From positions 640,001 through 704,000 of the forward strand of contig CAXRHT010000002.1 in NCBI GenBank assembly GCA_964230645.1: a stretch of DNA of 64,000 bases, read 5' to 3'. The translations under genes and the position numbers were made by a program. The stretch comes from Bdellovibrionales bacterium. GTDB lineage: Bacteria; Bdellovibrionota; Bdellovibrionia; Bdellovibrionales; JAGQZY01. How positions within the stretch are numbered: the stretch's first letter is position 1; every line of letters starts with the position of its first letter. This document shows, piece after piece, positions 19,491 to 29,481 of the stretch. The notes under the pieces are model-generated. The model was not told the DNA's origin. It was given only the letters and a program-made list of their open reading frames with translations, and ran no database searches.

Positions 19491-20450
19491 CTATTCTTTT
19501 TTGGCCTGCAACTTAAAGGTTTTGAGCCATTCATAAAAGTAACGGAAGTTATCGAAAATAGAATCTTTTATCAAAAACTTCACTGCCACAAGCCGTACCC
19601 GAAAACGGTCGGGATTATAGAGGAAGGAAAAGTTCACCATCTTTTTTAGAAGATAAATGGATATTTTTTTCTTTTTCTGAGCTCGGTACAAAATAGTTTG
19701 AATGTTGAGCCCTAATTTTTGACAAAGAAAAAGAGTAAAGAAACAAGATTTGTACAAATTGGCCTGCTCGGCTTTTTGCCAAAAAGACTCCCAATCCATC
19801 TTATCTTTGTTTCTTTCCACATATTTAAAAATATCCATCAACCAATAAAGTCTGGAGTAGGCATGTTGAAAGGCCACATGTCCACAAAGGTGAATAAGCT
19901 GATTCTCACGACTGAGCTGGTGAAAGCCTTCCACTTTGGACTTTCCAAGATCCTCATCTGTTTTAAGAGAGGTGTGCCAAAAGAGCTGAGTGTGAATTTC
20001 AATAGTGAGCCTGATATCATCCACCGTTTTAACAAAAATATGTTTGTGGCGATTTCCAAGCCAACGCGCGATCTTCTTTTTCTCGTACCCATACATTTTC
20101 AAAATATCAGTGAGTCTCCAAAGCTGATCATAGGAGACAAGGAGATCAATATCGGAAACAAAGCGCTCTCCCCAGTCTTTATAAATCTCTCCCATAAGAG
20201 AAAAGCCTTTTAACAGATAAACTTGAATGTTCTCTTTTTTTAGATCTTCTCCAATGGTTTCAAGCTCCTGCTTGGCAATGGAGTTGCGATTGTGCTGACT
20301 CTTCCAATAAGGATAATAAACCTTGTTCTGCGTTCTTAAATAGGCATGTCCTGTTAGTTTATGACGTTTTAAAAAATCCATATTCCATTCATCTGTGACT
20401 CGCGAATTTTGTGTTTCACTTTTGTTGATAACCTGTGGACTCAATTCCAT
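19491..20450 (-). CDS. Nucleotidyltransferase family protein (NTP_transf_5-like)
   Basis: LLKG...RFVSDIDLLV...IEIHTQL...LIHLCGH...LYWLMDI. Confidence 0.8.
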   Translation of the reverse strand: MELSPQVINKSETQNSRVTDEWNMDFLKRHKLTGHAYLRTQNKVYYPYWKSQHNRNSIAKQELETIGEDLKKENIQVYLLKGFSLMGEIYKDWGERFVSDIDLLVSYDQLWRLTDILKMYGYEKKKIARWLGNRHKHIFVKTVDDIRLTIEIHTQLFWHTSLKTDEDLGKSKVEGFHQLSRENQLIHLCGHVAFQHAYSRLYWLMDIFKYVERNKDKMDWESFWQKAEQANLYKSCFFTLFLCQKLGLNIQTILYRAQKKKKISIYLLKKMVNFSFLYNPDRFRVRLVAVKFLIKDSIFDNFRYFYEWLKTFKLQAKKE

Positions 20451-20662
20451 AACGGCACCTCGCTTTTAATGGTTGAAGGATGAAGGATTTCAAACCCTTT
20501 CAAAGGGTTTGAAAAATTTAGTCTTTGTTTTTTAAGGAAATTAAAGTGAAAGAAGCCCAGGGAACCGAGAATGTGGAACCAATGATGCGCTTTCGAAAAA
20601 AGGAAACGATTTTCAAAAATAAAATCCACCCTTTTGAAGCTGAAAGGTGAAATTCCTTTCAA
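20441..20662 (-). CDS. Small hypothetical protein overlapping the nucleotidyltransferase start
   Basis: AGGAG upstream of TTG; stop overlaps the next start. Confidence 0.35.
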   Translation of the reverse strand: MKGISPFSFKRVDFIFENRFLFSKAHHWFHILGSLGFFHFNFLKKQRLNFSNPLKGFEILHPSTIKSEVPLWN

Positions 20663-20731
20663 CTCTCCTGGCTATCATAAAACTCTTAAAGCCTGCTTGT
20701 AAGGGGCCAACAAAGAACCTGGCCTAAAGTC

Positions 20732-21151
20732 TTACTTAATCATTTCAGACTGAAAGGAATGCGGGAGGAGATCTTTTAAAGTATGAGTTTTAAGCAGCTC
20801 ATCTTTGTTGCCAAGATAAATAGGAAGATCGGGCTTTCCAAACTCGATCAGAGACTGCAAACATAGTCCGCAGGGTGGAATAGCCTCTTTTGGGTTTGAT
20901 GAGGTAATAACAACCCACTCCAATTCAATGTCTTTTCCGAATTGGCTCACGGCACTGACAAGGGCGGAACGCTCAGCGCAAATAGTGCCACCGTAACTGG
21001 CATTTTCAACATTCACCCCCCTCACCCACTCTTTACGACCCTTAAGTTTTATCACACTCGCCACTTGAAATTTTGAGTAGGGAGCATAGGCCTTTGAACG
21101 ACTCTTTTGAGCCTCTTTAAAGGCCTCTTTGATCTCATCATTAAAGCTCAT
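20732..21151 (-). CDS. cdd: Cytidine deaminase
   Basis: AYAPYSKFQV, NVENASYGGTICAE, PCGLC. Confidence 0.95.
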   Translation of the reverse strand: MSFNDEIKEAFKEAQKSRSKAYAPYSKFQVASVIKLKGRKEWVRGVNVENASYGGTICAERSALVSAVSQFGKDIELEWVVITSSNPKEAIPPCGLCLQSLIEFGKPDLPIYLGNKDELLKTHTLKDLLPHSFQSEMIK

Positions 21152-21265
21152 TGGTCTTACCCTTTCTAGATTGTTTCTCCCTTAAAGGATCGCAAATTCT
21201 GGGCTCTCTGGCCACTCTCACCTCACCCCTGTCCTTTATTTTGTAATTGACATCATACGTTATCA

Positions 21266-21763
21266 ATGAAAAATACCAGTGTGGATAATTCTGAACTCCT
21301 AAAACATTCCAAAACCTGGGATCGCACCGGCGTTTTCGTGGCCGCTCTTTGCCTGGTTCATTGCCTCGCTCTGCCATTCATTATGGCCGCCATGCCTGCC
21401 ACAAGAGCCTTTTTTGATAGCATTGTCTTAGAGCTTGTTATTTTATTTTTAGGGGTCGTCATCGGAACCATTTCCTTTATCACAAGTTTCAAAAAGCACC
21501 GCAAATTCGGCCCTATGATTTTAGGAGCCCTCGGTGTATTCTTTTTGGTAGCAAATTTAGGCATCATCCGCTGGACAGCCGAACACTCACACTTCCTTGG
21601 TACAAGCTTCAGGGTCAACGAATTAGAAATTGATCCCCTGATGATCCTTGGTGGAATATTTCTAGTGGCTGGTCATATGTGGAATATCCACGCTTGTCAC
21701 TGCTTCTGTGATGCCGATTGTGGGCATGAACATCCTGATCATTCCCAGGATCATTCGCACTAA
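21266..21763 (+). CDS. MerC-domain membrane protein with His/Cys-rich tail
   Basis: DRTGVFVAALCLVHCLALP; C-terminal HACHCFCDADCGHEHPDHSQDHSH. Confidence 0.85.
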   Translation: MKNTSVDNSELLKHSKTWDRTGVFVAALCLVHCLALPFIMAAMPATRAFFDSIVLELVILFLGVVIGTISFITSFKKHRKFGPMILGALGVFFLVANLGIIRWTAEHSHFLGTSFRVNELEIDPLMILGGIFLVAGHMWNIHACHCFCDADCGHEHPDHSQDHSH

Positions 21764-21777
21764 AAGGAGTCAGCCAC

Positions 21778-23265
21778 TTGAAACACTCACTGTCTTATCG
21801 AAAAACTAAGATCGTTGCGACGATCGGTCCAGCCTCTTGGGATAAAAAAACTCTCGGTGAAATGGTCCAATCAGGCTTAAGTGTCGCAAGGCTTAACTTC
21901 AGTCACGGTGATTTTTCACAACACAAAGACACAGTGGAGAAATTACGAGAACTCTCAGAAGAGCTCGGCGCTCCCGTTGGTATCCTACAAGATTTGCAAG
22001 GACCAAAAATTCGCTTAGCAAAGTTTGAGGGTGAATTTGACGTGGTCCGCGGCGATAGCCTCACACTCACTGATCAAAAATCTTCAGATCCAAAAGTCTT
22101 ACAGGTGGATTTAAAAAATCTCTCTGAATACGTTAAAAAAGATCAATCCATTTTTATTGATGACGGCATCATTGAATTAAAAGTCACAAAAGTAAAAGAC
22201 CATAAAATATACTGCGAAGTTATTTATGGAGGCACAATACGCCCTAGAAAAGGGGTCAATCTTCCTGACGCTAAACTCCCTATTCCCTCAATGACTAAAA
22301 AAGATGAGAAGGATTTAAAAGAGGGTGTTTCCTTAGGCTTTGATTATGTGGCCTTAAGTTTTGTTCGCACCGCTGATGATATTAAAAAACTAAAAAAGAA
22401 ATTAGAAAAATACGGCTCCCCGGCTCGAGTGATCGCAAAGATTGAGAAAAAAGAGGCCATTGAAAATATTGAAGCCATTGTGGATGAAGCCGACGGAATT
22501 ATGGTGGCCAGAGGCGACCTTTCTGTGGAGGTCGGCCAAATTCATTTGCCCACGATTCAAAAAAGAATCATTCGCCTTTGTAACCGCAAAGGAAAGCCTG
22601 TCATCACAGCCACCCAAATGCTTGATAGCATGCAAGTCAACTCTCGCCCCACCCGGGCTGAGATCACTGACGTGGCCAATGCCGTGCTTGATGGCTCTGA
22701 TGCCTTGATGCTCTCTGGAGAGTCCGCTTTTGGTAAACACCCGGTGCGGTCGGTAACCACCATGCACGAGATTATCACCGAAGTGGAAAAGCAGCCTCAC
22801 ATCTACTACCGCTTTAAAAACAGAAAACGCGATCAGTTCACCGTACCTGAGAGTATTGCTATCTCGGCTGTACTTTGCTCCAAGCAACTCAATGCGCGTG
22901 CGATTGTTTGCATGTCTACTACTGGAAAAACCGCACAGATGATTTCTAAATATCGTCCAAAATCAAAACTCATTGCGGTCACCGCAAAGGCGGAAGCTCT
23001 TTGCAAACTGGAACTCTGCTGGGGTGTACAAACCTTAAAAACAGCCCAATACAACAACACCGAAGAAGCCATCGCCAATGTCGAACAAACGCTTCTTACC
23101 AACGGCATTCTTGAACCGGGAGACGAAGTGGTGCTCACTCTTGGAGTTCCCGTGGCTCAGGGGCAAAAAACCAATGCTGTGCGTGTTTTCACCCTGGGGG
23201 ACCATTCCAACAAACAACAGGTGGCAAAAACAAAAGCCATCAGGTTTCAAAAGAAATCAAAGTAA
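21778..23265 (+). CDS. pyk: Pyruvate kinase
   Basis: TKIVATIGPAS, RLNFSHG, MVARGDL, TATQMLDSM, PTRAE. Confidence 0.98.
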   Translation: MKHSLSYRKTKIVATIGPASWDKKTLGEMVQSGLSVARLNFSHGDFSQHKDTVEKLRELSEELGAPVGILQDLQGPKIRLAKFEGEFDVVRGDSLTLTDQKSSDPKVLQVDLKNLSEYVKKDQSIFIDDGIIELKVTKVKDHKIYCEVIYGGTIRPRKGVNLPDAKLPIPSMTKKDEKDLKEGVSLGFDYVALSFVRTADDIKKLKKKLEKYGSPARVIAKIEKKEAIENIEAIVDEADGIMVARGDLSVEVGQIHLPTIQKRIIRLCNRKGKPVITATQMLDSMQVNSRPTRAEITDVANAVLDGSDALMLSGESAFGKHPVRSVTTMHEIITEVEKQPHIYYRFKNRKRDQFTVPESIAISAVLCSKQLNARAIVCMSTTGKTAQMISKYRPKSKLIAVTAKAEALCKLELCWGVQTLKTAQYNNTEEAIANVEQTLLTNGILEPGDEVVLTLGVPVAQGQKTNAVRVFTLGDHSNKQQVAKTKAIRFQKKSK

Positions 23266-23266
23266 A

Positions 23267-24238
23267 TTACCAATTCATCGTGTCTAAATGCCCACCGACG
23301 GTAAAGGTTACAGTGACAAGCTCCGGATTGATCTGCGAGGAGGATCCGGTGAGAAGAAAGAAGTCTTGCTTAAGATTATAATTAAGGTTGGTAAAAAACC
23401 AATCGCCATTGTAGCCGGTGGAAACCAAAAGTTCCGCTCTCCCCGTGGGCTCAACTCCTGTAGAACTTTCCTGCCCCTCATAGACCAACTCCCTAAAGGT
23501 CACCCCGGGACCTGCCATTAGGTAGCCTCCTAAAAACCATTTTCTCGACATAGTGTACCCGTACCCCGCTTTGGCCGAGAGGGTTCTAAAAGTGCCCCCT
23601 TTGATTTGCCTGAGCACATCGTACTGGGGTTGCACGGCTGTCGGCACGATACTTTGATCAGCCGAGAAATGAGTTTCATTGATTGAGCCACCAAAAAGAA
23701 AAGACCCACCCCAACTTTCTTGTCTCTCATTTTGTGAACTCAAGGCTAATAAAGAAAAGTCCTTTTCATTCCAGATCCAGGTCATTGTGACTCCAAGACC
23801 GCGGGCGTACAGATTGGGTCTTAATATCCTTGGGTCAGAATCCTGAAGATTAGGGTCCACTTCTGAGGAGTTTTCAAGGTACATGCCTCGGTATTGGTTG
23901 TAATAGGCCTCAATAGCAAAGCTTTGATAGGTAAAATCCACTCTTATGTCATTAAAAGTGGTTTCACCATAAAGGCGCTTTTCCTCATCCTCTAGTCCCA
24001 ATCCCATAGCCCAGCTCACAGTGATGAGATCTTTATAGGCAAGCCTTGGTACAAAGACGTCATCCACATTGGGTTTATAAAAAAGGTCCGAGCGTGTTGA
24101 GCTATCACGCAGATGGAGGGTGTAATCAAGATTTTGAATGGCCGTGGAAAGATGGACTTCTCGATCGGGGTAACGATAGATATCAGCCTCTGCGATCAGA
24201 GGAAAAAACACCGCGAGGAGAAGTCCTAGGAATTTCAT
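23267..24238 (-). CDS. DUF4421-like outer-membrane beta-barrel protein
   Basis: Signal peptide; YKPN, YYNQYRGMYLEN, QNERQESWGGSFLFG. Confidence 0.7.
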   Translation of the reverse strand: MKFLGLLLAVFFPLIAEADIYRYPDREVHLSTAIQNLDYTLHLRDSSTRSDLFYKPNVDDVFVPRLAYKDLITVSWAMGLGLEDEEKRLYGETTFNDIRVDFTYQSFAIEAYYNQYRGMYLENSSEVDPNLQDSDPRILRPNLYARGLGVTMTWIWNEKDFSLLALSSQNERQESWGGSFLFGGSINETHFSADQSIVPTAVQPQYDVLRQIKGGTFRTLSAKAGYGYTMSRKWFLGGYLMAGPGVTFRELVYEGQESSTGVEPTGRAELLVSTGYNGDWFFTNLNYNLKQDFFLLTGSSSQINPELVTVTFTVGGHLDTMNW

Positions 24239-24244
24239 AGGGTT

Positions 24245-24523
24245 TTATTTTGTTCTTTTAATCAGGTGATATCCGAACTGAGTTTGCACGGGACCTGAAA
24301 CTTGATCCACGTCCAAAGAAAAAGCAGCCTCTTCAAAAGAAGGAACCATGCGTCCTTTAGAAAACTCACCAAGATCCCCACCAGTTTTTCCCGAGGGACA
24401 TTTGGAAAATTTTTGAGCCATTTCAGAAAAGCTCTCGCCCTCTTCTAATTTTTTTAGAATGTCTTCGGCTTCATGTTTATTTTCCACCAAGATATGCTTT
24501 GCGGCGATCGTGTCCATCGTCAC
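24245..24523 (-). CDS. ppiC: Parvulin-type peptidyl-prolyl isomerase
   Basis: AKHILV...SKCPSGKTGGDLGEF...MVPSFEEAAF...TQFGYHLI. Confidence 0.93.
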   Translation of the reverse strand: MTMDTIAAKHILVENKHEAEDILKKLEEGESFSEMAQKFSKCPSGKTGGDLGEFSKGRMVPSFEEAAFSLDVDQVSGPVQTQFGYHLIKRTK

Positions 24524-24584
24524 TCCTCGTTCGTTAGATCTGTTCGTTTTTATTCTTAAAACTGCCTATCAAGTATCACTAAAT

Positions 24585-25061
24585 TTAGCGATACTCAACT
24601 TTAGATATCTCCACCCACTCGTCTCCCTTGGGACGCTTGACTTTGACCTCATCGCCTTCGAGTTTCCCTAAAAGAGCCTTAGCTAGAGGGCTTTTCCAGG
24701 AAATCTTTCCCTCTGAGGTGGCAATTTCATCCTCACCTACAATTTGATAGGTTTTCTGCTCACCCTCTTCATTCTCAATGGTCACTGTCGCTCCAAAAAC
24801 CACCTTCTCAGTGTCTTCTTGTTCTTTCGGATCAACGATCTGGGCGTCCTCGATGCGCTTTGTGAGCCAACGCATACGGCGATCGATCTCTCGCAGTCGC
24901 TTTTTGCCGTAAATATAATCGGCATTCTCACTTCGATCCCCATTACTAGCCGCCCAGGCCACGGTTTTCACCACCTGAGGCCGATCCTCACGCATAAGGT
25001 ACTCAAGCTCGTCTTTAAGCTTCTTGATTCCAATGGGGGTTATATAATTCGGATGAGCCAT
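24585..25061 (-). CDS. greB: Transcription elongation factor GreB
   Basis: NYITP...WAASNGDRSENADYIYGKKRLREIDRR. Confidence 0.96.
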   Translation of the reverse strand: MAHPNYITPIGIKKLKDELEYLMREDRPQVVKTVAWAASNGDRSENADYIYGKKRLREIDRRMRWLTKRIEDAQIVDPKEQEDTEKVVFGATVTIENEEGEQKTYQIVGEDEIATSEGKISWKSPLAKALLGKLEGDEVKVKRPKGDEWVEISKVEYR

Positions 25062-25109
25062 AAGAGAGGAAATTATCGTTTTTTAAACAACCTGGCAAGA
25101 GCTTGAGTT

Positions 25110-25547
25110 TTAGCCACCAATATCCAGAAGATATTGGTCCTCTTGGACGTCATTTGAGCCTTTTTGGCTTGAGAGTTGACGATGAAGCCTTGGCTGGGAG
25201 TCTCCTCTGACAACTTTCACAGGACGCCACGCACTAAAGCGCGTGCGCTTGCCTAAATCCACCTGCCGTACTCTCCAGTAATAGTCTTTGCCAAAATAAA
25301 TCATCACATGATGAAAGTGTTTGTCGTCCACATTACTGTAGGTGTTCACACCGTTAGAGACTTCCACTTCATAATGACTCTCTTCATTCATTTTTTGCCA
25401 CAGAAGTTGAACCGCTCCTTTTTGCCCCTCTGACTTCTTGTCCACAACGATATGAGGAGTGTAAATTTTCAAAGGAAAAGGTTTATTCTCTCCAGAGTAT
25501 AAATTCTGAGTGCTTAGCAAAATAAAAATCACCAAGATCTGTTTCAT
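25110..25547 (-). CDS. Secreted protein, FN3-like
   Basis: Signal peptide; LLW...YEVEVS...YYWRVR. Confidence 0.6.
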   Translation of the reverse strand: MKQILVIFILLSTQNLYSGENKPFPLKIYTPHIVVDKKSEGQKGAVQLLWQKMNEESHYEVEVSNGVNTYSNVDDKHFHHVMIYFGKDYYWRVRQVDLGKRTRFSAWRPVKVVRGDSQPRLHRQLSSQKGSNDVQEDQYLLDIGG

Positions 25548-25630
25548 GAAGCCCCCTCACAAAATGTGGTCATTGATACTTTCGGAGTGAGGCGAGCTAG
25601 ACTTAAGAGAGAGTCTCAAAAGCAAACGTT

Positions 25631-26461
25631 CTAAATATCGTAATCTTTTATAAGTTCGCCCAAAAGAGGATCTAGGAACTCAGCTAAAGCGTGAGATAAT
25701 TTTACTTGAGTCTTTTTTTCTAAGAGATGTTTCAAATCAAGAGCATATAAAATATGGTCACTTTCTAGAGATTTGTAGGCATCGTTAAAAGTTTGATTGG
25801 CTTTTAGCCGCGAGCGCAACCCCAGGGCGTAGTCTCTCTGAGAGTCCTGTTGGCTTGAAAAACAGGAGATTAATTTTTCGATGAAGGCTGTATCATTAAT
25901 ACTCAGTGCGCGCTTCTTTTCAGAGTCCAACCAGTCAAGGCCGCGCCAAACCTCACAGCCTAAAAACTCCTCCGGTCGAAATTGAGAGTCTCTAAGAGAT
26001 TCAAAAACATTCCTAAATACAGCACGGTGAGTTCGGTGGCGATCAAAAGGGTTATGGGTATAAACTTTTTGTGGCTTAATGGTTTTAATTAGTTCGCTGA
26101 GTTGTTCTTTAAGAATGGTAAATCTTGGATTTTTAACATCACTACTGGAGTGACCGAGCTGAATCACTGCGAAGTAGCCAGCCAACTCTGCGGCCTTAAG
26201 TTGTTCAGATCTTCGAACCTTGATTTTTTCAGAAATAAGTTGTGTGGAGTTTTCACTAATAAATGAATCACTCACGCCATGAGTGCAAACCACACCCACA
26301 AACTTTTTTCGATCATCCTGCAAGCACTCTTCAATAAGAGGCCCTGCCATGATCTCAAGATCATCGGGATGAGCGCCAATGGCTAAATGAGTGCCAAGAG
26401 ATAGGTCTTGCTCACCATCACCCTGAATAAACAAGTGATGGTGCTCGCTTTTGTCGATCAA
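25631..26461 (-). CDS. PIG-L/LmbE family deacetylase
   Basis: IGAHPDDLEI, RRSEQ, THNPFDRHRTH. Confidence 0.88.
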   Translation of the reverse strand: MIDKSEHHHLFIQGDGEQDLSLGTHLAIGAHPDDLEIMAGPLIEECLQDDRKKFVGVVCTHGVSDSFISENSTQLISEKIKVRRSEQLKAAELAGYFAVIQLGHSSSDVKNPRFTILKEQLSELIKTIKPQKVYTHNPFDRHRTHRAVFRNVFESLRDSQFRPEEFLGCEVWRGLDWLDSEKKRALSINDTAFIEKLISCFSSQQDSQRDYALGLRSRLKANQTFNDAYKSLESDHILYALDLKHLLEKKTQVKLSHALAEFLDPLLGELIKDYDI

Positions 26462-26484
26462 TTCTTCTCCCTTGGGCTAAAACA

Positions 26485-26988
26485 TCAGCCAAAATTAAAA
26501 TTAAGATAAGGCGTCCAAACATCTTCTTGCTGTTTGATCTTTGCCTTCATATCAAACTGCGGCGTCCATTTCAAAGGCTTAGGCTCACTCAAAAGAGGCA
26601 TATTGGCTTCTTCTGGCGTACGATTGCCTTTTTTGTGATTGCATTTATGACAGGCAGAGACCAGGTTTTTCCAACTCTTTGGCCCTCCCCGAGACACCGG
26701 CATAACATGGTCAAGGGTAAGCTCTTTATGAGGGAACTGATCACCACAGTACTGACATAAATATTTATCACGAATAAAAATGTTTTCTCTTGATAAACGA
26801 ACGCGTCGGTATTGCTTGGGTTTAATGTAATATCTTAATCTTAAAACCGCGGGCGCGGAATAATCGCGACGAACAGACCTTATGAGTACCTCATGGGACT
26901 CAAGGATATCGACTTTGTGTTGAAACCAGAGAATCATTGCCCTCTGCCATGTCACAACCTGCAAAGGTTCGTAAGTGGCGTTTAACAA
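26485..26988 (-). CDS. HNH endonuclease (McrA-like); true start may be upstream
   Basis: LNATYEPL; RDKYLCQYCG...TLDHVMPVSRGG..SWKNLVSACHKCNHKK. Confidence 0.9.
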   Translation of the reverse strand: MLNATYEPLQVVTWQRAMILWFQHKVDILESHEVLIRSVRRDYSAPAVLRLRYYIKPKQYRRVRLSRENIFIRDKYLCQYCGDQFPHKELTLDHVMPVSRGGPKSWKNLVSACHKCNHKKGNRTPEEANMPLLSEPKPLKWTPQFDMKAKIKQQEDVWTPYLNFNFG

Positions 26989-27235
26989 TAAGACTCTAGG
27001 AAAGTTTAGATGGCTAGGGACCCACCTCCTGGTTATGTTACATCCCTTTTAGGATTGCCCAGTCTTCGTTTTTTTCACAAGTCCAGTTTAAACTAAGACC
27101 CAACTATCCTATCTATAATTATAAATTATAGCGCTAGATCCTACAACTAGAGGGCCTTTGGGGCCTTCTCCTCTAAAATAACCGTGTCATTTCAAGAAAT
27201 GAGCCTCTATTAAGATTGGGTTTAGATTCTGCGTG

Positions 27236-27511
27236 TTAAAAAGAACTGAGCAGGTAGAGCATTAAATTGACCCCACTCAGCCCCATAAGGAGCTTTTGAT
27301 ACCAAGGCTTATCCACCAAATCGACAATCACCTGATTCTTTAGAACGAAATGAATGGTGATGATGATCACGTATATTTGTGCCAAACCATTGATCACAAT
27401 CAAAAGAGAAAAGAGTACACTCTGACTACTTTCCCAATGGCCAAAACATAAAAAATAAAGGATGAGACTTACCCCATATCCTAAAAGAAAAAGTAGATGT
27501 TGTAAGGTCAT
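27236..27511 (-). CDS. Small membrane protein (3 TM)
   Basis: Hydrophobic ORF with GGGGAG RBS. Confidence 0.6.
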   Translation of the reverse strand: MTLQHLLFLLGYGVSLILYFLCFGHWESSQSVLFSLLIVINGLAQIYVIIITIHFVLKNQVIVDLVDKPWYQKLLMGLSGVNLMLYLLSSF

Positions 27512-27558
27512 AGGAAACTCCCCTCAAATGGGCCAAGACTTGGAAGTTTGTTTTTTAT

Positions 27559-28401
27559 TTAGCTTTCTTTAGATTTTAATGTACTGCTCGCTTCTTTCCT
27601 GGGAACAAGCCCTTTACCGGTGGTCAAAAGAGTCCTTAACCAATAGGAAAAACTATCTTCTGGGCGACCATCAAGGGTTGAAATGCGCATTCCCTTTTGC
27701 TCAAGATCTTGGACGATCTCTTTAGCCAATACTTTACTTTCTTTGGTGTGAACGAATTTGACTCCAAAACCAACAGCATCCGAGCGATTATGAATGATCG
27801 CCTCACCTCGAAAGCCTTGTTGAGCCCCTGGCGATGTTACGGGTAGGTGAATCTGAATCTCGGAATTATCACTGGGCATTTCGTTGGATTTTACAAAAAG
27901 ACCATTTTCAGAGATGTTACCCACCTCTCCTTCAACAGGCGTACCTCTCCCCACCTGCGACCAAGTGCAGTTAAAATTGCATTTATAACGAGGTTGAATC
28001 TCCCACCAACGCATGCGGCGATCAAAATAAATATTGCGAACCGCAGGGATTAGAAAGTAACTCACCACTATAATGTTAACAACATACACAGCTATGATCG
28101 GAAAAAGACTGATGCTTTCTGCCTTGCTTAAATAGCCGGTATAACTGAACACAAAAAGGGCTGTGATTGAAAACAAATAAACGTAAAAGCTCCACTTCTT
28201 ACAAGCGTAAATAGAATATCCCGCAACAATCGGCGCAACCACAATCACCCAATTTCGAATTAGATACTCAGGGCTCAGAGCGTAAACCAAATATTCAAAG
28301 ACATTACGATTTACAATGAGCGCATTAAAAATTATATTTCCAATAGGAGCTAAAAAATGCAGGATTGCTAAAAGAATGAGTGACCAAGGACGCCGTCGCA
28401 T
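27559..28401 (-). CDS. Membrane-anchored PilZ-domain protein
   Basis: 4 TM helices, then PRY...GNISENGLFV...GFGVKF. Confidence 0.8.
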   Translation of the reverse strand: MRRRPWSLILLAILHFLAPIGNIIFNALIVNRNVFEYLVYALSPEYLIRNWVIVVAPIVAGYSIYACKKWSFYVYLFSITALFVFSYTGYLSKAESISLFPIIAVYVVNIIVVSYFLIPAVRNIYFDRRMRWWEIQPRYKCNFNCTWSQVGRGTPVEGEVGNISENGLFVKSNEMPSDNSEIQIHLPVTSPGAQQGFRGEAIIHNRSDAVGFGVKFVHTKESKVLAKEIVQDLEQKGMRISTLDGRPEDSFSYWLRTLLTTGKGLVPRKEASSTLKSKES

Positions 28402-28512
28402 TTTTTTATTATCCTACATTCTACCCAATTGAGCAACAAGGCTACTCGAAGGTCGGGCCCACTAAGTCGCACATTTGTTTTAAAACTTTGACTCGTATCA
28501 AAAGAGGATTCC

Positions 28513-29481
28513 ATGATTCAATGGTCAATTAAGACAATCAAACTTCCACTGCGCATGACTTGGAAGATTTCTCGTGGCCAGTTTGATACGAAAAAGAATT
28601 TTATTATCGAAGTCAGAGACGAAGACCACCGGGCCTTCGGCGAGGTTGCCTTTCCTACAGCCTCTCCCCTTGAGGATCAAGCTCATGAACGCTTCTCCAA
28701 GCTTTTAGACGAAGAGGTTCAAAGTCTTGAGGGTCTGTTAAATACCGGACTCCCAAGCCCTATGATGTTTGGTCTGACCTCAGCTTTCACCCACCTGCAA
28801 GCCCAACTTAACAATCAAAGTCTAGCCGAATACCTTGGCCAAAACCCACGAGAGAAAGTTCCGACTAGCTTTTCGGTTCCCATTCTCGACGCCTCTGCAA
28901 TGAAAGATTATATTGAAAACTTTAATCTTGAGCGCTTTAAAGCTTTAAAACTTAAAATCTCTACAGCAAACCCCGTGGCCCCCTGCATAGAACTTTGGCA
29001 TCAAACTCAAAAGCCCCTTCGAATTGATGCCAACCAATCTTTTCAAAGTACCAATGAAGTTTTAAGATGGTTGAAAAAATTGAAAGGTCTGGAAATCGAG
29101 TTTATCGAACAACCTATGCCGGCTGGCAAAGTGGATGACTATATCCAACTTAAAGAAGAAAGCCCCTACCCCATCATTGGTGATGAGTCGATCACCGACA
29201 AAGTGGAACCCGATTTATGGCAAAAACAGTTTCACGGGGTAAATTTTAAATTGATGAAATCTGGAAGTTATCAAAATCTATTAGCGCAAAAGAAGGCCGC
29301 TCAAAAAGCCGGCCTTAAAACTATGCTTGGCTGCATGGTGGAAACAAGCCTCGGAATTTCAGGGGCCCTAAACCTTGCCACCGACTTTGACTACTATGAC
29401 CTTGATAGCTTCTTATTCTTCAAAAAAGAGCCCTTCGGTAAAGTTGGAGAGGAACAAGGCCTTCTGTCCTTAACCTTGTAG
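28513..29481 (+). CDS. Dipeptide (L-Ala-D/L-Glu) epimerase, enolase superfamily
   Basis: WKISRG, KLKI, RIDAN, IEQP, GDES, KLMKSG, GCMVE, DLDS. Confidence 0.88.
   Translation: MIQWSIKTIKLPLRMTWKISRGQFDTKKNFIIEVRDEDHRAFGEVAFPTASPLEDQAHERFSKLLDEEVQSLEGLLNTGLPSPMMFGLTSAFTHLQAQLNNQSLAEYLGQNPREKVPTSFSVPILDASAMKDYIENFNLERFKALKLKISTANPVAPCIELWHQTQKPLRIDANQSFQSTNEVLRWLKKLKGLEIEFIEQPMPAGKVDDYIQLKEESPYPIIGDESITDKVEPDLWQKQFHGVNFKLMKSGSYQNLLAQKKAAQKAGLKTMLGCMVETSLGISGALNLATDFDYYDLDSFLFFKKEPFGKVGEEQGLLSLTL

Noticed and set aside
19491..20450. Lasso-peptide/RiPP cluster
   Set aside because: No cyclase, B protein, PqqD or precursor nearby
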